A DNA stretch of 64,000 nt from a virus: positions 1 to 64,000 of IMG/VR virus record IMGVR_UViG_3300032770_000007; one strand, given 5' to 3'. Below, one piece after another: positions 39,477 to 47,276 of this stretch. The stretch's first letter is position 1, and each line of letters begins with the position of its first letter. The translations under genes and the position numbers were made by a program. The notes beneath the pieces were generated by a model. It was not told where the DNA came from, did not search any database, and was given only the letters and a program-made list of their open reading frames with translations.

Positions 39477-40045
39477 AGGCTAAACAGATTGTTCGTTTTT
39501 TAGTGAAATAATTTCTGGACCACTTTAACCAAGTCACAGGATATTTAGCATTGAAAGCAGAAGGATGAACTAGTTTGAATCGTATATAAGGCTCATACCA
39601 ACCAGTAAAGGTGTGATCAATCATGAATCTAGAACAGTCAGGAGGATCCCAACGACTATGTCTTCTTTTTTTCATTAACTATTTGCATCAACTGATTGGT
39701 AATAATCGTGGCCTTGACTATTTCTTCTTGTGGCCGTTCATCATATCCATAACAGTTTTCAACCATATATATATGGTTGAATTCAACCATATAACCTGCT
39801 TCTCTAGCAGCAATATGTAATTCATCAATGGTATTGTCCCAAAGACAACGAACTTTTTGATTATTATATGTTAGAGTAACCATAGTATAAACCATAGTAT
39901 ACCAGGTATAGGCGCTGGTGCAATTGACCATCATATCTGTAAAAGTACGATGAGTTATAACCTCTAGTATATCTCTAAGTTCATCCTCATATATTTTGAT
40001 ATTATCATTTGACATAATATTTCCTGAAAACAGAAGCATTTATAT

Positions 40046-40121
40046 TGGAACCCCCGACAGGACTCAAACCTGCATTTACCTGGTTCGTAGCCAGGGCCGT
40101 ATTCATTCCGGTCACGAGGGC
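40046..40121 (-). tRNA. tRNA-Arg(ACG)
   Basis: Loop CT-ACG-AA, CCA encoded. Confidence 0.9.
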
Positions 40122-40126
40122 AAAAC

Positions 40127-40202
40127 TGGATCCATCACTGGGACTCAAACCCAGATTTGTGCCTTACCAAAGCACTGTCCTAATCACTTGGACGATGACG
40201 GA
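40127..40202 (-). tRNA. tRNA with GGT (Thr) anticodon
   Basis: Loop TT-GGT-AA; U1-A72/U73 body resembles the Gln tRNAs. Confidence 0.8.
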
Positions 40203-40704
40203 AAATATTTCCTATGATCCTACCTGAAGGCAAATGAATCCATTGACTAATGCCTTCTATGGTAATAACTCTTATATCTCTACCTGTATCATGAACCTTA
40301 TCTATCTTAGGATCAAACTCATGAACATCGCCGGTGCATTCATCAAGAATGAATGTAGGAACACCAAAGTAATAAGGAGACACCAAATCCTGTTGTGAAA
40401 AATATTGCGAATAGTAATCATTTGAACAAGGATGGGTGTGATATAGACCTTTCAACGTTGCTCCTGGTAAAAGAAGCCTAGTCACATCAACAGTTACTGC
40501 TGCTACATTCTTATTAGTAACAGGAAACATAGAATATTGATATTGACCTTTATAAAGGACAATGATGCCACCATATTCCCACTTCTTGGCATCGTCTATT
40601 TTATTGATATATTTCAAAGCATGAATAGCTGTAGTCTCTAGTTCATTTGACATTGATATCATGGGAACTAATAAAAAGAGACTAAGGAAGATAGCTTTGA
40701 GCAT
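40180..40704 (-). CDS. Secreted JAB/DUF4329-like protein
   Basis: Signal peptide; EYGG.I, YHTHP, FS..D. Confidence 0.55.
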   Translation of the reverse strand: MLKAIFLSLFLLVPMISMSNELETTAIHALKYINKIDDAKKWEYGGIIVLYKGQYQYSMFPVTNKNVAAVTVDVTRLLLPGATLKGLYHTHPCSNDYYSQYFSQQDLVSPYYFGVPTFILDECTGDVHEFDPKIDKVHDTGRDIRVITIEGISQWIHLPSGRIIGNIFRHRPSD

Positions 40705-40814
40705 TCAATATTTAGGGTTTCAAACTACCTCTTGTTCAATGAGGATCGCCTGCCAGCGACTATACAACACATAGGTGGCAGCCAGGATAAGTTGTATTAG
40801 AGTTTGAAACATTC

Positions 40815-40888
40815 TGGTAGTGAAGGATGGTTATGCTCCATCGTCTATGGCTTATGAAACCACCGCTCTCCTATTGAGCTACTTCACC
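40815..40888 (-). tRNA. tRNA-Met/Ile2(CAT), elongator type
   Basis: Loop TT-CAT-AA; T-loop AGCATAA. Confidence 0.85.
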
Positions 40889-40893
40889 AAATT

Positions 40894-40970
40894 TGGTGCC
40901 TCCACCAGGATTTGAACCCGGACCCTACCGCTTAAAAGGCGGAGCTCTATCACACTTGAGTTATGGAGGC
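40894..40970 (-). tRNA. tRNA-Lys(TTT)
   Basis: Loop CT-TTT-AA, CCA. Confidence 0.9.
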
Positions 40971-40976
40971 ATGAAT

Positions 40977-41052
40977 TGGTAGGTCCAGTCGGAACTGCCC
41001 CGACATCCAACACTTTAAGAGAGTGAGCTCTATCTGATTGAGTTATGGACCT
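40977..41052 (-). tRNA. tRNA-Lys(CTT)
   Basis: Loop CT-CTT-AA, CCA. Confidence 0.85.
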
Positions 41053-41057
41053 GAAAA

Positions 41058-41136
41058 TGGTGCGCGGATGTGGAATCGAACCACATTCTCAACTTCTTCA
41101 GAGTTGCGCTGATGTCACCAGACTAGCTCTCCACGC
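41058..41136 (-). tRNA. tRNA-Phe(GAA)
   Basis: Loop CT-GAA-GA, CCA. Confidence 0.85.
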
Positions 41137-41747
41137 ATGAATTTTTCATAATCTTCTTTTTCTAAAATGATTAGTTTTCGTTCAGGATAGGTGGCAAGAA
41201 TAATATTCATTTTCTTTCGGTCATTACCCCACCAATAACCTTTTATCTCTAACCAAATATCCAACATCGGAAGATAAAAATCTGGCGCATATGATTTCCA
41301 TTGGCCATCCATTTGATATTTCCAAACATCATTATTTGTTGATGGTTTATTCCATTGAATATTAAGTTCATTTAGTTTAGTAGCTATATCGCGTTCCCAA
41401 GTACCTTGAACTTTTATTCCAGAAACTTCATACCATTTGGATTTACCACCACGATTGTGTAAGGACTGTTCAATACTCAATCGTTGTCTTGCTTCAAGAC
41501 ACATAGGTGGAGGTTTCCAACCCTTATTCACTCTATCTCGAAGTTCTATAGCAACATTTGCCGCATATGCAGCTACTCTGTTATCAGTTTCTTTTGATAG
41601 ACCTCTGTTCCAAGCCTTTCTGGGTTGTTTAGGAAGTATACTAGTGCTAATATTAGCACAACCTTTCTTAGTATGCCAATATAATCCACTAGTAGTTGTT
41701 TCCTTATGACAACTTATACAAGAACACCTAAGTTTATATTTGTCCAT
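41115..41747 (-). CDS. PD-(D/E)XK homing endonuclease
   Basis: GTWE..IA..L, Y.PDFYLP....LEIKGYW; PRKAWNRGL. Confidence 0.8.
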   Translation of the reverse strand: MDKYKLRCSCISCHKETTTSGLYWHTKKGCANISTSILPKQPRKAWNRGLSKETDNRVAAYAANVAIELRDRVNKGWKPPPMCLEARQRLSIEQSLHNRGGKSKWYEVSGIKVQGTWERDIATKLNELNIQWNKPSTNNDVWKYQMDGQWKSYAPDFYLPMLDIWLEIKGYWWGNDRKKMNIILATYPERKLIILEKEDYEKFMRGELVW

Positions 41748-41798
41748 ATGAATTTATTTAGTACAGGGACGTGCTAATCTGTCTCAGCTAAGAACGCT

Positions 41799-41875
41799 TG
41801 GTGCCCCCGACAGGAGTCGAACCTGTAAAACCTTGTTTTTGAAACAAGTACGTATACCATTTCCGTCACAAGGGC
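41799..41875 (-). tRNA. tRNA-Leu(CAA), short variable loop
   Basis: Loop TT-CAA-AA, A73, CCA. Confidence 0.85.
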
Positions 41876-41879
41876 ATAT

Positions 41880-41955
41880 TGGACTCCCTGACTGTCAGTT
41901 CAGTCTCAGCTGCAGCTGGCAAACTTCGCGTTCTAGAAAGGCAAAGTGCAGGGAG
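41880..41955 (-). ncRNA. CCA-terminated tRNA-like RNA without a recognisable anticodon arm
   Basis: CTCCCTG/CAGGGAG-T-CCA terminal stem with adjacent ACTG/CAGT hairpin. Confidence 0.55.
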
Positions 41956-42029
41956 ATAAAAAATGGTGGAGTTATAGACCTGTAATAAGGCGTGATAGCT
42001 TTCAAACCCCATGCTATCAACTTATCAGC

Positions 42030-42121
42030 TGGCGGAGCATATAGGATTCGAACCTATGTGATGAGTTTAATCATCAAGTTGTTTAGCAAACAACCGTCAT
42101 CAGCCTCTCGACCAATGCTCC
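42030..42121 (-). tRNA. tRNA-Ser(GCT)
   Basis: Loop TT-GCT-AA, long V-arm, CCA. Confidence 0.9.
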
Positions 42122-42127
42122 TTAGAA

Positions 42128-42218
42128 TGGAGGAAGGCTGAGGTATCGCGCCCCAAGTGATTCTTCACCACTCCCATCGCTTTCAAGGCGAGTTCTATGC
42201 TTCATAGATTAACCTTCC
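42128..42218 (-). tRNA. tRNA-Ser(TGA)
   Basis: Loop CT-TGA-AA, long V-arm, CCA. Confidence 0.85.
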
Positions 42219-42286
42219 AAATATTCCGAAATGCGAGGCTCGGAATAACACCATCACAGGCTATCGCAATATGTCCTGTGTCTGAT

Positions 42287-42361
42287 TGGTAGGTGACCAC
42301 GGTACTGCCCCGCGTTCTCACAGTAATCGGCTGTGGGTTTTGCTATCTAAACTAGTCACCC
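42287..42361 (-). tRNA. tRNA-Ile(GAT)
   Basis: Loop CC-GAT-TA (atypical), CCA. Confidence 0.8.
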
Positions 42362-42367
42362 ATAAAA

Positions 42368-42550
42368 TCATTCAATTGATGCGAAAGCCTTTGCTGCCTG
42401 AAGATCATTTGGATAGTTCTTCATATGACGACGGAGCTTGCGCTTTTTGTTCCTCAATTCAGTGGCCAGAGCCTTGTATGATGTGCAAAAGTTTTGATTG
42501 CGACCATACTTACGGTTTTTCTTTCCACCTTTCTTGTGGGCTGTTTTCAT
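42368..42550 (-). CDS. 60-aa highly basic peptide
   Basis: GAGGT SD; MKTAHKKGGKKNRKYGRN. Confidence 0.6.
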   Translation of the reverse strand: MKTAHKKGGKKNRKYGRNQNFCTSYKALATELRNKKRKLRRHMKNYPNDLQAAKAFASIE

Positions 42551-42620
42551 GACACATTACCTCTTCGGTTTAACTACATGTCATAAAAACCTCCTATTAA
42601 GTTGAATGTTACTATTTATT

Positions 42621-42694
42621 TGGATCATCCCCTTGGTTCCGCCCCAAGATTGCCGATTTCAGAGACCGGAGTACTACTATTGTACTAGGGATGA
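42621..42694 (-). tRNA. tRNA-Gln(CTG)
   Basis: Loop CT-CTG-AA, CCA. Confidence 0.85.
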
Positions 42695-42699
42695 ATAAC

Positions 42700-42773
42700 T
42701 GGATCACCGACTTGGATTCGCACCAAGATTAGATGGGTCAAAGCCACCGGTCCTGCTATTAGACGATCAGTGA
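42700..42773 (-). tRNA. tRNA-Gln(TTG)
   Basis: Loop CT-TTG-AC, CCA. Confidence 0.85.
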
Positions 42774-42780
42774 ATAAAAA

Positions 42781-42857
42781 TGGTGCTTCCATCCAGTGCT
42801 GCCCTGGATATTCCTGATTGAGAATCAGGTGACATAGCTAACGTTGTCTATGGAAGC
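42781..42857 (-). tRNA. tRNA-Glu(CTC)
   Basis: Loop TT-CTC-AA, CCA. Confidence 0.85.
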
Positions 42858-42904
42858 AAATTGCTGATATACCCTGGTATAGGAGATTACCAAATAAGCC
42901 AAGT

Positions 42905-42976
42905 ATGTTAGTGGTTGTATCGAGCAACCTTCTCCTTGTTCAAAGCAAGGTGATCTGCCATTTAATCTAACTAATT
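42905..42976 (-). pseudogene. Degenerate tRNA (TTG anticodon)
   Basis: Intact anticodon arm CCTTG-CTTTGAA-CAAGG and T-arm; weak acceptor stem, no CCA. Confidence 0.55.
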
Positions 42977-43030
42977 AGTAAACTTTGCTTACTTTTTATC
43001 CATCACAGGACTGCGATCAGCAAACGCAGA

Positions 43031-43115
43031 AGGAGCGACTGGATGGAATCAAACCACCTACCTTCCAAAGGACTAACTAAAGCCAATGGCTGCTCTATCA
43101 TTGAGCTACAATCGC
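43031..43115 (-). tRNA. Atypical tRNA with expanded anticodon arm
   Basis: Normal acceptor, D and T arms; about 10 extra nt in anticodon arm; ends TCCT. Confidence 0.6.
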
Positions 43116-43120
43116 AGAAA

Positions 43121-43195
43121 TGGAGCCTTGTAGGAGATTCTAACTCCTGTCTCTGACTTGGAAGGCCAGGGCCCGAACAACTAGACCAACAAGGC
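43121..43195 (-). tRNA. tRNA-Gly(TCC)
   Basis: Loop CT-TCC-AA, U73, CCA. Confidence 0.88.
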
Positions 43196-43201
43196 ATGAA
43201 A

Positions 43202-43287
43202 TGGTACCCTTGGCAGGACTTGCACCCGCACACCTTTACGGCGACTGGTTCTAAGCCAGTTACGTCTTCTAATTCCGTCACAAGGGC
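43202..43287 (-). tRNA. tRNA-Leu(TAG)
   Basis: Loop CT-TAG-AA, long V-arm. Confidence 0.88.
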
Positions 43288-43794
43288 AAAAGCTGGGTTG
43301 GATTTATCAAATAGCCCTGACATTATCGTGGCCATAGCCCTGATAAATCAGTCTATTTGAAACGAGAGTCCCAGCACTCCGTATAGGATGCCTCACAAAT
43401 GTAACGTTGAGTATTTTATCGACTTATTACCATGTAGCCTAGTTAGATAAGCTTTGGCAGGTCCACGAACAGGCCGCGCTCTAATCTCGCTTCAACTTCA
43501 GAACTGCACTGACATTTATGAGACATATTTTAACTTGAAACTGTTTTTTCTATGGCTATCTTTGCTGCTTCTAATGTTCGGTAGTAACCATACACTTTGT
43601 ACTCTAGACTTGTCTTTACTTCTACTAATGAAGCCACCCATATACTTCCATATGGTTGAACCAACCCAATAAGTTTTTCATTTGAATCAAAATATTCTAA
43701 AGAAACTTCTGATAATAGATTCTTATTACCTTTAGCATCTTTCCAATCAGGCTTTACCCAAACACCACCACTCATATTATAAACTCCTATGAAT

Positions 43795-43870
43795 TGGAAT
43801 CCCCAGCCAGACTTGCACTGGCAACCTGCTCCTTAGGAGAGAGCCATTCTTTCTATTGAACTATGGGGAC
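43795..43870 (-). tRNA. tRNA-Arg(CCT)
   Basis: Loop CT-CCT-AA, CCA. Confidence 0.88.
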
Positions 43871-44566
43871 TTACTTGACTGATAAATCTTTGACGAGAGC
43901 CTTACGCATTTTCTGCCTAATAGCATCCATGTAACCATTTTTACGAATGTGCTTATAGGCCAGATTGGTTTCATCAAACTCTGAATCACCCTTGGCGCAA
44001 ATCTCTGCTCTCTTATCTTTGATAGAATCTTTCAGTTTATCTAACTGCTGATAGCTTGCTTTGGGATCTCTTACAAGATCAACTATTTTCTTGCGCCATC
44101 TGTCAGCAATCCCAGCTACCTTGTCTTCATCAAAATCTGGTATCTGATATTCTGGTTGAGTAACCCATTTGTTGTCTTTGATAGAATACTCTCCATCAGA
44201 GCCAGCCTTGCTGTCTAGATCACAAATGGTCATTTCCATGGGAATACCATAGATACGAATATCATGATCACGTTTGAATAGTTTCTTCTTTGTTTCAAAG
44301 AAGTTCTCTAAGAGGTCTTTGTTGGCTTTCTTGAAATCAGCCATGTCAACATAGATATTAATGTCTATATCTGACTTGGCTGTCCAAGTATAATTTGCCA
44401 TGGAACCAACTAGTCTGATGTCTTTTGTATCAATAGGAACACCACAAAAATCAATGAAGGTATTCACAATAGCCAGGAGACCCTTACGGACCTCTGGTTT
44501 CATTTCCATGCCATCCCAAATCTTAGGACAGAGGGTTTTGTGATATTCAACTTTGATGTCTGCCAT
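43871..44566 (-). CDS. Pol-beta-superfamily nucleotidyltransferase
   Basis: LVGSMANYTW..KSDIDINI (GS-x-DxD); start ATG 44566 after CATAAATA promoter (ORF-track extension is inside tRNA-Glu). Confidence 0.8.
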   Translation of the reverse strand: MADIKVEYHKTLCPKIWDGMEMKPEVRKGLLAIVNTFIDFCGVPIDTKDIRLVGSMANYTWTAKSDIDINIYVDMADFKKANKDLLENFFETKKKLFKRDHDIRIYGIPMEMTICDLDSKAGSDGEYSIKDNKWVTQPEYQIPDFDEDKVAGIADRWRKKIVDLVRDPKASYQQLDKLKDSIKDKRAEICAKGDSEFDETNLAYKHIRKNGYMDAIRQKMRKALVKDLSVK

Positions 44567-44583
44567 GAGACTATTTATGGATT

Positions 44584-44660
44584 TGGTAGACCATGAGAGT
44601 GCTGCCCTCTCTATTTCGCCTTGAAAGGGCGATGACATAGCTAACGTTGTCTAATGGTCC
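44584..44660 (-). tRNA. tRNA-Glu(TTC)
   Basis: Loop CT-TTC-AA; D-arm identical to Glu(CTC). Confidence 0.88.
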
Positions 44661-44784
44661 GAATAAGCGTGGGCGTAATAGCCTTTATACGAAAATCGCG
44701 TGCCATAAACACTTGCATTGAATGGGTGGCCAACCTATTCAATGGTCTGCTGGAATCGAACCAGCATTTCCCACTACGAAAAAT

Positions 44785-44860
44785 TGGAGTATCAGGTCAG
44801 AATCGAACTGACACATAACAGTTTTGCAGACTGCTCCCTTAGCCATTTGGGTACTGACAC
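44785..44860 (-). tRNA. tRNA-Cys(GCA)
   Basis: Loop CT-GCA-AA, U73. Confidence 0.9.
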
Positions 44861-44866
44861 ATAATA

Positions 44867-44943
44867 TGGAGGGAAGAATGGGATTTGAACCCATACATAC
44901 GACATTCACAGTGTCGGGACTTAGCCAGTTTGTCAATCTTCCC
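44867..44943 (-). tRNA. tRNA-His(GTG)
   Basis: Loop CT-GTG-AA; no G-1, U73. Confidence 0.88.
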
Positions 44944-44949
44944 AAAATT

Positions 44950-45023
44950 TGGCGCCTGAGACGGGACTTGAACCCGCATTTACTTGCGTGACAAGCAAGT
45001 GTCCTACATTAAACGACTCAGGC
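44950..45023 (-). tRNA. tRNA-Asp(GTC)
   Basis: Loop TT-GTC-AC, G73. Confidence 0.9.
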
Positions 45024-45029
45024 ATGAAA

Positions 45030-45106
45030 TGGTGCGCGTACAGGGATTTTAACCCTGGTCTCAACCTTGGCAAGGTCGCATACTAAACAGGCTGTACTAT
45101 ACACGC
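45030..45106 (-). tRNA. tRNA-Gly(GCC)
   Basis: Loop TT-GCC-AA. Confidence 0.85.
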
Positions 45107-45108
45107 AT

Positions 45109-45183
45109 TGGCGACCCCAGATGGATTTGAACCACCACACGCAGTTTTGGAGACTGCAGTCCTGCCAGTTAGACGATGGAGCC
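45109..45183 (-). tRNA. tRNA-Trp(CCA)
   Basis: Loop CT-CCA-AA, G73. Confidence 0.9.
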
Positions 45184-45262
45184 ATTGAATTGATGTCAGC
45201 CGCAAGACTGACGGGGCAAACTCGGACATTTGAACCCAAACAAGGATTTGCGCCTTGTGATT

Positions 45263-45337
45263 TGGTAGCGGGTCTGTGATTTGCACACAGGATCTTGTGG
45301 TTATGAGCCACACGAGTTGCTACTTCTCCAACCCGCA
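45263..45337 (-). tRNA. tRNA-fMet(CAT), initiator-like
   Basis: 1:72 mismatch, loop CT-CAT-AA. Confidence 0.8.
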
Positions 45338-45411
45338 ATATCCTTACAATCTGGTTGTCAATTCAACCCCAGGATTCTAGACCAGAGCACGGTTGCGGCT
45401 CAGATTGTATT

Positions 45412-45506
45412 TGGTATCCCTACTAGGACTCGAACCTAGATTGTGCTCTAATCTGGAGCCAAGGACGGTTTATAAGGCCGTTGTTTTGCCATTAAACTAT
45501 AGGGAC
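45412..45506 (-). tRNA. tRNA-Ile(TAT) with long variable arm
   Basis: Loop CT-TAT-AA; GCTC/GAGC V-arm hairpin. Confidence 0.85.
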
Positions 45507-45511
45507 AAATT

Positions 45512-45587
45512 TGGTCGGAGTGGCAGGACTCGCACCTGCGATAACCGAGTTCCAGGCTCGGGAAGATTGCTGCTACTTTACACTCCG
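45512..45587 (-). tRNA. tRNA-Pro(TGG), divergent
   Basis: C1-G72, loop CC-TGG-AA. Confidence 0.8.
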
Positions 45588-46145
45588 AAAATTTATCAAA
45601 TACGTATCTATCCTTGATTGTATTTGATCTCTAAATCTACTATGAATATACTGATGATGAGTTGGGCATAATGGAACCAAATTTTCTGGTCTGTTATCTT
45701 CATGATTTTCATTTACATGGTGAGCGGCAACTATATTTTGCTCGCTACAGATCAAACATTTTTTGCCATGATGCCTAAAACAAATCGTTCGATAGGTCAA
45801 CGATTCTTCATTTTGAGAAGAACCTCTTGGCTTCAAAAGATTAGAACATTTATAAGAACAAGTTACATTTTGTGCATAGTTCTTTATAGGAACATGACAT
45901 ATAGGACATAACTTTGTATTCAATGGATTTAGATAACAAAATGATTTATGTCTCATTATCATGGATCTTGAATATAATTTATTACAATAATCGCAGTTCT
46001 CTTTTATTGTAGTAACATTTACACCATTCTTCATCAAGTTGTTGACATTTACAATCCGTTCTGGATTTTGCTTACAACGAATTTGATGTTGTACTTGCTG
46101 TTTTCTATTCTTATTTGTTCGATTACAAAACTTACATTCTAACAT
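45573..46145 (-). CDS. HNH endonuclease with zinc-finger repeats
   Basis: CxxC/H repeats, HH.NENH.DN..ENL.PLCPTHH..IH; late promoter at 46173. Confidence 0.8.
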   Translation of the reverse strand: MLECKFCNRTNKNRKQQVQHQIRCKQNPERIVNVNNLMKNGVNVTTIKENCDYCNKLYSRSMIMRHKSFCYLNPLNTKLCPICHVPIKNYAQNVTCSYKCSNLLKPRGSSQNEESLTYRTICFRHHGKKCLICSEQNIVAAHHVNENHEDNRPENLVPLCPTHHQYIHSRFRDQIQSRIDTYLINFRSVK

Positions 46146-46180
46146 ACATCATCCATTTTAGTCAGGCTGATGTATTTAGT

Positions 46181-46256
46181 TGGTCAGGATGAGAGGACTC
46201 GAACCTCCGATTACGTGCGCCCAAGGCACGGGCCATAGCCACTAGGCGACATCCTG
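46181..46256 (-). tRNA. tRNA-Pro(TGG)
   Basis: C1-G72, loop CT-TGG-GC. Confidence 0.88.
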
Positions 46257-46272
46257 GGCAAAAGATTAAAAT

Positions 46273-46349
46273 TGGTACACGCGACTGGACTTGCGCCAGT
46301 ATATCCCTGCTTGTAGGGCAGGTCCGCACCTATTTCCGGACACGCGTGC
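46273..46349 (-). tRNA. tRNA-Val(TAC)
   Basis: Loop CC-TAC-AA. Confidence 0.85.
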
Positions 46350-46422
46350 GCTGAAAATAATTGGCCCTCTTATCCTAAAGGGCAAAGGTTCAACTGAACT
46401 CTGACATTCTGTTGAATGTAGT

Positions 46423-46497
46423 TGGTGGACCGTAGCGGTAACGCTCCGCTTTCTCCGCGGTGCAAACGCGGCATAATACCTTCTATACTAACAGCCC
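46423..46497 (-). tRNA. tRNA-Ala(TGC)
   Basis: G3:U70, loop TT-TGC-AC. Confidence 0.9.
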
Positions 46498-46502
46498 AAA
46501 TT

Positions 46503-46802
46503 TGGCGCGGCGGTATTGACTTACATCAATGCACTTATCGTCCAAAGCCTGCTTGTTCAGGCAGGATGGCCGCATATATGGAGCGGCGGCACTGATAAAT
46601 CAGTACACTTACCTTCCTAGAGCACGAAACAAGTTTCGCGCTGTCAGCGTAGGATGGCCGCATATATGGCGTGGTGTGAGGAGTGTATGCCCCAACTTAC
46701 CAACCATCTCCTGATGGTTGACCACATAAAATGGCGTGGCGTTGCTACTTATTCCTAGCAAACTTACCGACTGAAGGCAACATAAGCTACCTAGTAGGCC
46801 AC
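46503..46802 (-). ncRNA. Array of four related CCA-ended non-cloverleaf small RNAs
   Basis: Units 46503-46573, 46579-46661, 46667-46725, 46732-46802: GYGGY..stem..RTAAGT..hairpin..C-RCCRC-N-CCA. Confidence 0.8.
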
Positions 46803-46810
46803 ATATAAAA

Positions 46811-46897
46811 TGGTGAGTGTCGTAGGAATCGAACCTACTCAGTCATAAGACAGCAAGGTTACAGCTTGCTGCGCCTCTCCAACTGCGCCGGACACTC
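46811..46897 (-). tRNA. tRNA-Tyr(GTA)
   Basis: Loop CT-GTA-AC, long V-arm. Confidence 0.9.
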
Positions 46898-47276
46898 GAT
46901 ATTCGTTCCATTTGTTACCAACAACTATTGATGATCTAACACCAATCAAAGCACTTTTTGGTATCAAATATTCTTCCCCAGATTTTGTAATCACATAAAG
47001 AATATCATAATCCAACTCATTAGCATATTTTTGAACTTTATCGCCCAAAGATCCACCAATCAATCTCAGTTCAACTATATAAGTTGATTTTGTTCTACCT
47101 ATCTGTGATGTAGTCTTAACTTGAACCTTTTTCAAGGTTCCATTATCATCAATAATCAAATCATAATCCTGACTATCCGTCAAAGGAATAGCAACTGTAT
47201 AACTACGACGTGTAAAATACGCGATAGCTGACCCTAGACCATAATCACCTTGCTTTTTACTATTTTTGAAATTCAA
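46839..47276 (-). CDS. PD-(D/E)XK endonuclease (PDDEXK_5-like homing endonuclease)
   Basis: K.QGD.G, P......YDLIID...L.KVQVKT, YLIP; TTG start after GGAGGT. Confidence 0.8.
   Translation of the reverse strand: MNFKNSKKQGDYGLGSAIAYFTRRSYTVAIPLTDSQDYDLIIDDNGTLKKVQVKTTSQIGRTKSTYIVELRLIGGSLGDKVQKYANELDYDILYVITKSGEEYLIPKSALIGVRSSIVVGNKWNEYRVSGAVGEAQQAVTLLSYD

Noticed and set aside
44742-44780. T-arm plus CCA fragment (GCTGG-TTCGATT-CCAGC-AGACCA) as a tRNA gene
   Set aside because: No acceptor partner, D arm or anticodon arm; probably a tRNA remnant.
42220-45410. Theta/HDV-like or hammerhead ribozymes in tRNA trailers
   Set aside because: Could not build the nested double pseudoknot or a CUGANGA/GAAA core by eye; a motif search is needed to exclude them fully.
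46503-46802. CRISPR-like mini-array (repeat GGATGGCCGCATATATGG)
   Set aside because: Repeats are short and degenerate, the 'spacers' fold back on them and each unit ends in CCA; no cas operon. The Cas4-like gene is the usual T4-like exonuclease.
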